From Octopus bimaculoides (Eukaryota): a stretch of 35,559 nt of DNA. The notes below the pieces were generated by a model that did no database searches, was not told the DNA's origin, and was given only the letters and a program-made list of their open reading frames with translations. This document shows, one piece after another, positions 11,777-24,513 of this stretch (positions within the stretch are counted from its first letter, which is position 1; every line of letters starts with the position of its first letter). Location: NCBI RefSeq assembly GCF_001194135.2, contig NC_068983.1, positions 113,209,701 to 113,245,259 of the forward strand. The letters are read 5' to 3'. The translations under genes were made by a program, and so were the position numbers.

Positions 11777-11937
11777 AAGGGCGCTGAGCTGGCAGTTCAA
11801 ATTCCACCGAGGTCGACTTTGCCTTTCACACTTTCAGGAATAATAAAATAAATTCTAGTTGAGTACGGGGGTTGATGTGATCGACTTACCCATCTCTCGA
11901 AATTGCTGGCCTTGTGGCAAAATTTGAAATCAATATT
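11777..11937 (+). mobile_element. SINE family A with an internal deletion in the tRNA head
   Basis: GAGCTGGCAG is joined directly to TTCAAATTCC at an AG microhomology. The body and tail match the other copies. Confidence 0.85.
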
Positions 11938-12309
11938 TTCTTTGCTTCTATTTTAATGATAGATCAAATTTTTGTCTCTAAAATCTTATATTCCAGCTCA
12001 GTCAATTATCAACTATGTCAGGATTTTATACTCGAATTGATATACGAATATTTCTCTAACTTATCAATCTATCTACATATCTGCCTACCTACATATCTAC
12101 TTCAGGCATGGAACCACACACATGCTTCTTGGACTTTAATTTCCTTCTCCAGACCTTTCTCGCCTCTTTCTGATGAACAGACATGCTCAGTAAGTTATTC
12201 ACCCACTCCTTTTTCCATGTTACAATGAGCGTAAAGCCAATACATTCCATCTGTACGTCCTTTTGGATTTCTTTTTTTTTTTCTTGTTATTTTCAATTTT
12301 CGATTTGTT

Positions 12310-12343
<34 letters not shown>

Positions 12344-12671
12344 NNNNNNNNNNNNNNNNNNNNNNNNNNNNNNNNNNNNNNNNNNNNNNNNNNNNNNNNN
12401 NNNNNNNNNNNNNNNNNNNNNNNNNNNNNNNNNNNNNNNNNNNNNNNNNNNNNNNNNNNNNNNNNNNNNNNNNNNNNNNNNNNNNNNNNNNNNNNNNNNN
12501 NNNNNNNNNNNNNNNNNNNNNNNNNNNNNNNNNNNNNNNNNNNNNNNNNNNNNNNNNNNNNNNNTCAGTTTCCTTGTATTTTCCAACTGTCCTGGTTTTT
12601 TCCCCGACTTTGACCCTCCATAAATCCAAATGACATTTGATGAGGGGTTGTTCTCCGAGTTACATGTCGTC

Positions 12672-12726
<55 letters not shown>

Positions 12727-13650
12727 AATTTTCAGGTTTTTTCTCAATACAATATGCAGAATTCAAATATTTTATCCTTGATCTGGTGAAATATTTTGAT
12801 ATGTTCACTTCTTACTTATCACAGGAACGTATGTCATTCATGATGTATAAGCTTTGCTACAATGCCGAATGTTTGCCACAATGCCGAAACTGCCTCGTCT
12901 TTTCTCTGTAAAATATTTTGAGTCCAGTTCTATTTACATAATAATTTGGTTAAATTTCAATTTAAAGACGATGCCACGCCTCATAGCACGCTATAAGACA
13001 TCATAGAATGTGACTATGTCGCTCTTTATTTTAAGGTTCCTGGATATTAAAATAGTCTTATATTCTATTTTGTATAAATTCCAATTAACTTAGACTTAAC
13101 GTTTTCTAAATAAATAATAAAATTCAACTATATATATATACATACATGCATACACACATGTACGTGTGTGAGCGGGCATGTGCATAGACTAATTGTTGTT
13201 TAATTATTTAGTCATCTGTTGTCTACTTTTGCAGTATATTAAGATTTGGTTGAAACTGATCGATCTTCTGTATTATCTCATAGACCCTGTACACGAAGTA
13301 AGTAGTGATTCACATTATTCTGTAACTACTCTCCGCTCTGTACTCTATCTAGCTCTGTACAATGTAACTCAGCGTTTAAATTGAAATGATGCCGTGTTAA
13401 GTTAGGATTAGTGATACACTATTTGATGAGAAACTGGCTTCTTTTGTACTTCTTGATGGTTTTTAAAACCAAAGAATGAAATCGTTTACCTGGAAATCTT
13501 ACATAGTGGATATAATCGGCTATTCAACATTTCCTATCTCTGAATTTTGTATTTATATTCAGGTCACAAGAAATAAAATCTCTCAAATTCATCGAGTGAA
13601 CACATTTTGAAACATTGAAACAGTCATTAAGTGAGAAGGATAACAATATT

Positions 13651-13813
13651 CTTTTCTACTCTAGGCACAAAGCCAGAAATTTTTTTGTGGGGAGGGAACC
13701 AGTCGATTTGATCGATTCCAGTACGCAACTGGTACTTAATTCATCGACCCCGAGGGGATGAAATGCAAAGTCAACCTCGCAGAATTTGAACTCAAAACGT
13801 AAAGACAGACGAA
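13651..13813 (-). mobile_element. 5'-truncated SINE family A with an 18-bp target-site duplication
   Basis: GAGAAGGATAACAATATT occurs at 13633-13650 and 13814-13831, flanking the SINE body. Confidence 0.88.
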
Positions 13814-13847
13814 GAGAAGGATAACAATATTGAGATTGGTTATTGTA

Positions 13848-15006
13848 TTAGGTTGTTTCACATGAAATGCCGCATGTTTAATTACTTGTTATTTCAGTCA
13901 TTTAAAAACACTCAATTATGTATACCTTGCATTTAATCTTGACTCTTTTTCTTTTCCAACAATATTGGTGCACAAAATTCGTACCCACAGACCTTATGAA
14001 AATGATAACAACCAAGCTATGTTGAGTGATTTTCTCGTATGAGTACAAACTGTGTCACTCTGCAGCAGAAGCTCTACGGAATATCAAGCGGGCCTTTAGT
14101 AATGGTCTAGTTGACATAAGAACTGTTCAGAGATGGTTCCAAAGCTCTCGTTCAGGAGATGATAGCCTTGAAAATAAACCAAGGAGTCGGCCAAAATCAG
14201 TTATTCGGCATGATGGATAAAATGCTTTGGTTGAAAAAAATCCGAGAACAAAGGTTCGAAAACTTTCATCAGAACTCCAAACATTTCGCACCACTGTTTT
14301 TCGACACCTGTAAAAATTGCGAAAGTCAAGACAATAGATAGGTTTGTTCCACATCAACTGAACGAGATTTAAAAAAAGACGCCTCGAAGTGTGCTCCTTA
14401 TTGCATCAGATCATTACTTTTGGTGAGAAACAGATACTCTCTGACAGCAGCAAGAGAAAAGGACAGTGATTAGATGCAGGAGAGCCACCTAAACACTACC
14501 CAAATCCGCCATTGCACATTCAAAAGTTAGTGGTCGCTGTATGGTAGTCTGCGAAGGAATCTATGCATTATTCATTTTTGCAACAAGGAAAAACAATAAC
14601 AGCAACATCATATTACCAGGAAATTGATTGTATGCATGAGAATTTGAAAAAGAAGCAACCCAGACTAGTGAATAGAGATGGTCCAAATTTGCTCAATGAC
14701 AATGCACGTCCTCACACTCCTTAAGTTACGGTCCAAAAGTTGCAAAGCCTGAATTATGAGATTTTGCAATATCCTCCCTATATAAGACATTCTTAAATAG
14801 AGAAGCGATAATTGAAGCATTCGGACAGTTTATCACAGCAAAAGATGAATTGTTTTTTAAAGGTGGAATATAAGACATAGAGAAACGTTGGATAAACGTC
14901 ATCACTGAACATGAATCATATTTGATCAAATGAATCAGATCTCTAACACTTCTGAAACATTTTATTGTTACCTTTCAAATACGACATTTCGTGTGAAACA
15001 ACCTAA
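13848..15006 (+). mobile_element. mariner (DD34D) transposon, both TIRs, TA TSD, dead transposase
   Basis: Left end TA|TTAGGTTGTTTCACATGAAATG; right end CATTTCGTGTGAAACAACCTAA|TA. Translated remnants include YKLCHSAAEALRNI, TVQRWFQSSRSGDDSLENKPRS, FVPHQL, ITFGEK and LNDNARPH. The YSPDLAPSD block is deleted after YPPY. Confidence 0.95.
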
Positions 15007-17130
15007 TACAAGTACAGCGATGAATTGCCAGAATCGTTAGAGTTTCGGAACACATTACTCAAAGGCATCTTGATATAAATAAATAGCAATCAAATAATTA
15101 CTTCGATTACTCCTCTAACTCACTCCTTTTCTCTTTCCCTTTCTCTCTATCTCTTTTTCTCACTCAATATGCAAGACTTGGCTATGAGAAGTATTCGTTG
15201 ATAGATATCTCTTAACATCCCTTTTTTCAGAAATGAAGAAGGGTTGAGCGAAATATTAATATCCATTTGGTATAAAATGTTTGACATGGCACTTGAACTG
15301 CTTAAAAAAAGAACTGGTGTGCAATACAGCGCGGAACGGAAACAAAGAATATATTCTTCTTACTTTGAATATATATATAGAAGTGACATAGGTTCACGGA
15401 ATGTAGCATGTATGAGAATATACTAAAACAACACATTAATTGCCTCAGAGTGTTTTTGTTAATCAATAGATAAATATGGCTATACATACGAAATATACAC
15501 CCGTTTACTTGGGAAGGCTTACAGTCCAACGTAAACGGCTTCAATAGATATATTCAATAGTAAATGTTATTTCATGAAACATTTCATACCAGAAGTGAAT
15601 ATCCATCTGCTGGGATTCTACGTACGCATGTGCAGGCAAATCTCTTAAAAGAGCTCAAAAGTAAAATTGTTATATCAAACAAACAGATTTACAGTCAAGT
15701 GTATAATTATAAAATAAAATAAATAACAGTAATAGATAACTAAGCTATTATGATAAATAGAATGTCATTGTCCTTTTATTTAGACTTCATCAAGTGCCGA
15801 TGATTATAGATCACCAGCAATTTGAGATCAACTATGTCAGGCTTCAGGAAGCTTTGGAATTACATCGTTAACTTCAGCATCGCATCGTTAGCTTCGCTTA
15901 TGATGTCATTAATGATTCCAGGAAAAATATATTTGAATAATAAAATATGAAACGATTCTAAAATGAAAATTTCTGTATAAAGAAGCTTCGCGGGGAAACT
16001 ATATCGTTTGTAATCGACTGTTCTTCCGAGCATATTGGTTTTGATTTTGCGAGGAGTTATTTAACATCTATTCACTGAACATCATCCTTTGATCTAGGTA
16101 GAATGCTAGCAGGAAAGCCTATAAATACACACACACGCATGCGCGCGCACGATCACTCACATATACACAAGCACTCGCACAAGCACACACACACGTGTAC
16201 ATATGGTTTATTAATTTAGGAATTATATCACTCATATTGATCTACAAAAACCTCTGTGGAAATCAATATGATAGAAACAAATTTATAAACTTGTGAGCTT
16301 TCTTTCACTCCCACTCTCCAACACATATATGCATACACACACACACACACATAGATACACAGACACAAACACACACACACACATAAAATCTGCATTCTAT
16401 TAAGTGAAGAGCTAAATTCTTTATTTATTTATTTTGTGTATTCTTTTCTACTCACGAAAGATGATATATACATGATACGAGTACGTATAGCAATATGATA
16501 TATATACATACACATACATATTTAGGCATGTATACGTACACATACACACACACATTCATCTGCATGTACGTATATGCAGGTTTGAATGGTATTATCCATG
16601 TGTCGTAAATATAATGATATCTGTTAAGCAGCGGAGGATGGGACATATATTGTCGATGTACTTGTTGACTATACTGTTTTTTATTTTGTATTAAATGGTT
16701 CGAAGTTGTCCTCCACCATTTTAATTCTAGTTCTTGTTTGGTTAAACTTGTGTTGGTGTTCTTAGTTTCTTGGTTTACGATGATTTATTTGTATATTATA
16801 CCATGTATTGATATTGCGTGATTAATATTCCAATTCCGATATGGGTGATACTCGTTTACGGATATCTAGATAATGGATGCTTTGTATGTATATTCACACA
16901 CGCACACGTACACACACACACATACATACACATACACACATATATTTAAGTACAAATATTGTTGTGTGGTTACATCGCATCTTGTCGGTAAAAACACATC
17001 TCTACCGCTGGTTTCATGTTTAATCTAAAAGCAGGGTACTTTATACAAACGTTTACTGTTTACTACTGTACTCCAGGGCCGACCAATGACAAGTCAATAA
17101 AGTAGGTATACATGCATGTGCACGTAAATA

Positions 17131-17262
17131 TTTAGCTTCCCAACCACATGGTTAGGGTTCAGTTCCACTGCGTGGCACCATGCATAGTTGTCTTCTGCTA
17201 TAGCCTCGAGCCGACCACAGCCTTCTGAGTGGATTTGGTAGACGGAAACTGAAAGAAGCCCG

Positions 17263-17298
<36 letters not shown>

Positions 17299-17517
17299 GT
17301 ATATGTTTGTGTATCTATGTTTGTCTCCCTACCACCGCTTGACATTCGATGTTGATGTGTTTACGTCCCCGTAACTTATCGGCTCGACAAAAGATTTCGA
17401 TAGAATATGTACTAGGTTTATAAAGAATAAGTCGTGGGGTCGATTTGTTCGATTAAACGTGGTGCTCCGGCATGGCTGCAGTCAAAAGACTGAAACAAGT
17501 AAAAGAATAAACGAATA
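17131..17517 (+). mobile_element. tRNA-derived CORE-like SINE, family B, with internal (TA)n
   Basis: AACCACATGGTTAGGGTTCAGTTCC head, GGCACC..GTCTTCTGCTATAGCC core-like block, GAAAGAAGCCCGTC-(TA)n, and a 3' part CGCTTGACA...GGTGCTCC.GCATGGCTGCAGTCAAA.GACTGAAAC. Confidence 0.85.
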
Positions 17518-17622
17518 TATATACNNNNNNNNNNNNNNNNNNNNNNNNNNNNNNNNNNNNNNNNNNNNNNNNNNNNNNNNNNNNNNNNNNNNNNNNNNNN
17601 NNNNNNNNNNNNNNTATATATA

Positions 17623-17658
<36 letters not shown>

Positions 17659-18455
17659 TATATAAATATATATGATAGGATAAGAAAACAGAGAGAGAAT
17701 AAAGTATTATTTATTAATTAAAAAATTGACAAACATCACTTACAGCTGTTTCAGTTCAAGTCCTTCAGAAAATTAATTCATAAAATTCCAGGTAATCTAT
17801 TATTTATTGTAAACATCGAAAGGTTTAAAAGACTTATAAGATATATTAACTTAATGCTAGGGTATACAAAAAGTTTTAAATAAAATCAAGTATAAAATAA
17901 AATAAATAAAATAAAACAGAGTAAAAAGTAAGAATAGATAGAGTAAAAATAAATGAATGAATAAAGACTTACAAAATATATTCTTTAACCCCTTAAAAAA
18001 TTATTATTGAGCTAGATTAATAAAGATAAAGGGCTATTGGACAAAAATTAAAAAGTTTCAGGTATGCAGCGTTCCCTTGGTGAGGTAGCGGATGTAAATA
18101 TATTAAGAGGCTCAAGTAAAGAGATAAAGTAATTAACATAAATGAATAAGAATTAATAGGAAGTAAATATAGGCTTATAAAAGTAATAATAATGGCTTAA
18201 ATTTGGGTCAGTTCAAGAAGGTTAATTAAAACTTAGTAAGATTATTTAAATAGTTAAATATTATGCCCTCAAAACCGGAAGTAGGTATTTAGTATAGAGG
18301 TAAAGAGCTAAAGAACAGCTGGGAATAATCTAAAGTAGTAATCTTAAGTTAATATATCTTATATGTCTTTTAACCCTTTTGATATTTACAATAAGTAATA
18401 GATTGCCTGGAATGTCTTCCACCTTAATTAAATATTAATAATAACTGTACATATA

Positions 18456-18609
18456 GGCGCAGGAGTGGCAAGTAGCTTCCTTACTAACCACATGGTTCCA
18501 GGTTCAGTCCCACTGCGTGTCATCTTGGGCAAGTGTCTTCTACTATAGCCTCGGGCCGACCAAAGCCCTGTCAGTGGATTTGGTAGAAGGAAGCTGAAAG
18601 AAGCCTGTC

Positions 18610-18672
<63 letters not shown>

Positions 18673-18968
18673 AATAATAAGGGGGAGAATTGAGTATTAA
18701 TTTAATTAATATCAATTTAAAATCAGTGGGCTAGCATATTGAAAGATCTGAAGATTCAGAAAAATTATATTGCATACATATAAGAGGGATGACCACTAAG
18801 AAGAGATTGTTCTCAAGAAGATTCAGCAAACTCTAGAACGCAAGCAAGCGAGACAAATGAAAAGATACAAAATATATTTTGGTCAGACCATAGGTGGTCT
18901 TCTTCTAGCATAATGTATGTCCACTTAGTGGTCATCCCTCTTATATGTATGTAATATATATATATATA

Positions 18969-19029
<61 letters not shown>

Positions 19030-19141
19030 GTCGGTGTTTGTCCCCACCAAAATCGCTTGACATCCGATTTGCTCGACTAAAGGTGGTGCTCAAGAATGGC
19101 CGCAGTCAAATCACTGAAACAAATAAAAGAATAAAAGAATA
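18456..19141 (+). mobile_element. SINE family B interrupted inside its (TA)n by ~270 bp of inserts
   Basis: 5' half GGCGCAGGAGTGGC...CTTGGGCAAGTGTCTTCTACTATAGCC...GAAAGAAGCCTGTCG(TA)n. The 3' half resumes at about 18945 and ends GCAGTCAAATCACTGAAACAAATAAAAGAATA. Confidence 0.85.
18781..18943. mobile_element. Small element with terminal inverted repeats (MITE or 5'-inverted retroelement end) in TA context
   Basis: TAAGAGGGATGACCACTAAG (18781-18800) and CTTAGTGGTCATCCCTCTTA (18924-18943) are perfect inverted repeats. Complementarity extends to 18773/18951. Confidence 0.8.
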
Positions 19142-19659
19142 CTTGAATTAATATCTACTTGAAGATTTCTTTTATTAAACACCCATAGATGAATATATTG
19201 ATCTATTCTTACTTTATAACTCCAATATACACTACCTTCCTCCCCTTTCTAAAGTCTATGCCAAGTTTTACACTATGTTCTTTATGCATAAATTTTATCA
19301 GTTAACGGTGTGCAGCCGTTTACTCAACATGCAGGAACTGAACAACTATTTTGTATATCTTAAACTACCCCTAACGAGATTCAACTTTCAAATAATATTT
19401 AATTTTATCAATTAATTTTCTGAAGGTCTTGAACTGAAACAGCTGTATGAGACGTTTGCCAATTTTTTAATTAATAAATTACAATTTATTTATTATATCT
19501 CTATTTTCTTATATTATTATAATAAATAGATATATATAAACCACGGTTTACATAGTTACCTTGCAATTGAATATTAACTGTAATGTTCAACATTCTTTGT
19601 ATAGGTAACTAACCAGTACTTTCATAGGATTTTGCTATCCCTGAATGAGGTTTGTAACC

Positions 19660-19697
<38 letters not shown>

Positions 19698-19703
19698 GGT
19701 TAC

Positions 19704-19736
<33 letters not shown>

Positions 19737-20160
19737 CGCGCGCGCGCGTGTGTGTGTGTAGAGAGACAGAGACAGAGACAGAGAGATAGAGACAGAGACA
19801 GAGAGGGAGAGAGATTTATATATATATTTATATATATATGTAATTATATATATATATATGTATATATATTAAATTATTTGTTCATTTATCNNNNNNNNNN
19901 NNNNNNNNNNNNNNNNNNNNNNNNNNNNNNNNNNNNNNNNNNNNNNNNNNNNNNNNNNNNNNNNNNNNNNNNNNNNNNNNNNNNNNNNNNNNNNNNNNNN
20001 NNNNNNNNNNNNNNNNNNNNNNNNNNNNNNNNNNNNNNNNNNNNNNNNNNNNNNNNNNNNNNNNNNNNNNNNNNNNNNNNNNNNNNNNNNNNNNNNNNNN
20101 NNNNNNNNNNNNNNNNNNNNNNNNNNNNNNNNNNNNNNNNNNNNNNNNNNNNNNNNNNNN

Positions 20161-20194
<34 letters not shown>

Positions 20195-20248
20195 TGTATA
20201 CATGCGTATATGTAAATTATTCGTATGTTGTATGTATATATATATATA

Positions 20249-20545
20249 TATAGTCGTAATTAACAGTAGCCTGCTTCTCCAACAACTGAGAATTCAGAAA
20301 TAGCAGCCAAAGAACTCTGAATTCTCAGTTGTTGGAGAAGCAGGCTACTGCTAATCCCTGTATATTTATGATTATAAATGGTTTTACCGATAAAGGTTTT
20401 TTCATACTGAGCTACCCGGCAAAATTGTTAATTATTAATTTTATTACTAATTGATGATTCCCTGCCCTATATATCTATAGTCGTAATTATGTATATCTGA
20501 CTGAAGAGATAGAGCATGTTAATACATAAACAGAAACCGTCGATC
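20249..20545. mobile_element. (TA)n-embedded element with a perfect 35-bp hairpin, a 14-bp direct repeat and a degenerate CTGAAGA...GAAAC tail
   Basis: Arms at 20264-20298 and 20316-20350. TATAGTCGTAATTA occurs at about 20249 and 20477. CTGAAGAG...GAAACCGTC lies at about 20501-20540. Confidence 0.6.
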
Positions 20546-21010
20546 TCTGATCATCCATTAAATTTTGGTGCTAATTTATTTTTCATGTATGTCTTCACAT
20601 GTGCTGTATGAATAATTGATGTGGTTTCGGACTCAGGTTTTGACTGCTATTTTTGGCATGGTTGTATTTCTTCGGTACCCTTAATTATAATTTTAATGGT
20701 AATTATATGTGTGTGTGTGTGTGTGTACATATACGCATACATATAGTATATATATACATATACCATGCCCAGAACAAATGCAAAATACTGCAAGAAATAA
20801 ATTTAAGGGAGACAAACATCCAAATGATGCCAGCGAGACTGTTTTCTTCTTTCCATATTTCCATGTAATCGGCTTGAAAAATTGGTAAGACACTAGGATA
20901 TTTTCGTACTTTCTTTTAGCATGAAACCAATAGTAGCCTTAATTCAGAAATAAAAAAATGTATATCCACAATGCGGTGTTGAACACTCATTTCCCTCGTT
21001 CGACATTTAC

Positions 21011-21098
<88 letters not shown>

Positions 21099-21825
21099 GT
21101 ATGTATTATATAGGTATATTTGTGTATGGTCATCTTTTGCCAATTAAACACATGCAATTTATACTTGGTCTTCACTTTAGCTATATCAATATTACTATTT
21201 GCTAAAATTTATTTGTAAGGGTGTTTTCATCATGCATTCTGTGACATCTTCAACGAATTTCTGTCCCTTCTGTCTTTTCTTGTCATTCTGTGGTATGTAG
21301 CTCTATCTGCGTTTGTGTGTGTGCGTGTTTATGTGTTCTCTATGTGCGTGTGTGTTTTGTGTATGTGCATATGGGCTTTTACATTACGCTGTCTATTATT
21401 CATTTATTTATTTGGTTTAATTTTCTTGTTCAGTCTTTAGTATATGCTATGCGTGTATATTGATTATGTACATTATACTGTTTATACCCGTGTCTTTTAC
21501 TTGCTTATTTATTTTGTTTCCTCATTCTGCCTTTAGTCGTCAAGTTGCGTAGTGTGGTCGAGTGGTAGATTTATTACTTCATTCACGTTTTCTGTTGAGG
21601 ATCGGTCTATCTTCTGTTATGTGTGTGGCCTACGTAATTTGTCGTGTTTGTTCTCTCTGTCGATAAAATCGTAACACCTATGTTATCAACTGAGCTTCCA
21701 TGCTTAAATCGAGCATGTCGGTAGAAAACTGACGACCTTTCCTCCTCCTTCGTCTCCCGTTGGTATTCACTTATCCGATTAAGTTTGTTACATGTACATA
21801 ACTATCTGTCTCTCTCTATATAAGT

Positions 21826-22452
21826 AGGAACAAACATGCAAAACAAGGGTAAAAAATAGTACTCGAATAGCAAAGGTAGAGTAATATACTATTTATTAAA
21901 GCCTCCCCCCCAAAAAAAATTCTTTAGAAACCGGTCTTCAGTTTCACATCCTCACCCTAAGCTCACACCCCACCCTCACTTCCCTACCCCAAAACCTCCA
22001 CACCACATCACACCACCCCGCACACACTAGCACTGACAACTTCCCAGCACCCACACCATCATCCACACATCTACACATTACAGACGTACAGACTTACACC
22101 CGTGCACATCCACACGTCAAAGTCAGCTGTCCACGCGCACACATTTACACATTCTGACATACACATGCGCACGCGCACGCGCACCTTCGTTTTGGGATCA
22201 CCAATACTTTATTATCTCCCCTTATTTCTAGCTCTCCTGTCTGACTACTTTTGTGTAGCCAGTCGCCATGATTGACCCGTAACTCCGAATTTTTTTAATA
22301 TTCTCTCTCTCTTTATTTCTTCGTGTTTCTTTCTGTTGAAGAGCGTAGGCTCGAAACGTAAAAGACTTTCTCACCTTCCCGAGCGTCAAACTAATACACC
22401 TGCTTGTTGTTTATACACCTATCTTCGTCTTTTGTTTTCTGTGAATTTCAAC
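21826..22452 (+). mobile_element. Penelope-like 3' UTR/tail with a hammerhead-like motif, preceded by an oppositely oriented tail-like segment
   Basis: TCTTT-CTGTTGAA-GAGC-GTAG-GCTC-GAAAC-GTA-AAAGA at 22328-22365. The CA-rich/T-rich UTR is flanked by TA-type repeats. No RT or GIY-YIG coding sequence was seen. Confidence 0.55.
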
Positions 22453-23145
22453 TACATATGCTTCTATGCATGCATGCATGCATGTATGTATGTATGTATG
22501 TATGTATGTATGTATGTGAGTGTGTTTGGCTGTATGATATTTCGATATAAGTGGCTAACTAATGACTTCTATAGAAAACACTTATCCTAGTGCATCGCTT
22601 AATGGGATGGAACCCAGAATCAAGTGGTTGTGAAACAAACATCTTAATATGCATATATATCGAAATGCATGCACACATTTATATACTACTAGACTACCCA
22701 TGACCTGTTGGGTCACTGACGGTTCAGGCTATAAAACATTGAGGCTGATTTCAACATTGCATTAAAATGATGATTCAGTCAGATATTTCAATTCGTTCGT
22801 GTCACCATAGTTCTGGTTTACAAGTTTATGTTTAAGGTTTTATAGATTATTTACAGCATCTAATAGAAATAGAACTTCCAGGATAAACTTGAACTCCCTC
22901 CAGTAACAGCATTTATTTATGGCATATGTGCACACTTATACAAAAGGAATTGTTATGTAACGTAAACATAAAATCCGCCAGGGAGAGGACTTTGCCTTTC
23001 ATAGATATATGCGTGCATACACACACACACACACACATACATACACACACACACAACTTTTAAAACGCTGACGAAGGGAGAGAAAGGTGGGTGTACAGAA
23101 TATGTAGCTTTAAGGAGAGACGGGGTTAGTGACTTTTCTACACCC

Positions 23146-23176
<31 letters not shown>

Positions 23177-23256
23177 CATACATACGTATAAACATACACA
23201 CATATGTCTACTATACATGATTTTCAACTCGTGATTACCTGTGTGTACGTTTGCAA

Positions 23257-23298
<42 letters not shown>

Positions 23299-24390
23299 NN
23301 NNNNNNNNGTGTGTGTGTGTGTGTGTGTGTCTGTGTGTGTTACGCCCTATAACTGTCTGTCTCTCTACTTTTGTATGGTCTTCCCTATTGCTGTCACATA
23401 TTGTGAGATGTTAAAATTACTTCAGAATTTTCTGGTAATATGTACGAAATACCGCTATGTATGTTGCCCGGTCTGATAACGATTCTGCCTGCTCGCTCCC
23501 TTAATACTGGCATAGATATTAAACAAGACAACTTAATGCACACATACAAATGTTGCAACAATTAACAACTACTAAAGCTTGGCACCTTGTTGCTGCGACG
23601 TGCATTCACTTGACACGTTTAAAATCTTCATTAATTTATTGCCTATTTATTTGCTTTTTTTGTATTATTTCTTTTACGGGGGTATTGAACATCTCTGTTT
23701 TGAAGCACAGAATTTTGCAGTAGGTTAAAGAAAGAACGTCAAGAATTCATTTCCATTATGCAGATTTTCTCTGTTCCGAAGAAGTGGCTCGAAGTGTGTT
23801 GGGTTTGGAATAATAAATAGGCATGTTAGTTTCTTAATTAAGGTAAATCCTTCGTTGCTAAAAAAGACTACAGTAAGAAAGAAAGAAAGAAATAAGAGCC
23901 ACCATAAATAGTATAAAATGAGACGTATCACGTTTATCTGCTTGCCTTACAAATGTAAAATAAATATATTGACAAAGCTCAACATATTCTTGAATACGTT
24001 TAGATGTAGCAATTACGGAATCTAGAGGTTAGTATATCCGGTTTGATACTTTGCCAAAATCACAGATGTTAAGTTATTAGTTATAAATTTAAAAACAAAA
24101 AAAGCTCAAGTTCCAAATCGAGATGGCTGGTTCGAATTTTGATCGAATGTATTTGAGTTATTTCCAGTATGTTGTTGTTGCTATTAAGAATAACATACAA
24201 TCAAAACAACCATTTTGGCTTTTCCATTATTTCACACGTCGATGAAAAAGCAATTGTTGGGGATTAAAGATATGAGAGAAAGAGAAGAGTCGGTGTAATA
24301 TCCATGCCTTTCTTACATTTTTATGTAAGTACGAAGTCGATGGTACCACTCCACACAGGTAGGTACTATAGTATCTACATACACCCAAAC

Positions 24391-24513
<123 letters not shown>

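Larger units (their letters stand above)
17671..19520 (-). mobile_element. Penelope-like non-coding tail with an inverted copy of the same tail (arms 17671-17853 versus 18345-18413 plus 19401-19520)
   Basis: 17785-17853 is the reverse complement of 18345-18413, and 17671-17790 is the reverse complement of about 19401-19520 (roughly 85-90% by eye in the best-aligned parts). Both arms carry CTGAAGG..CTTGAACTGAAACAGCTGTA and end in TA-rich repeats. The PLE assignment is inferred from the tail motif and structure only. Confidence 0.6.

Noticed and set aside
16620-16880. Possible Penelope RT remnant (IHYLDI) on the minus strand
   Set aside because: A single short motif, stops in all frames, and an inconsistent motif order.
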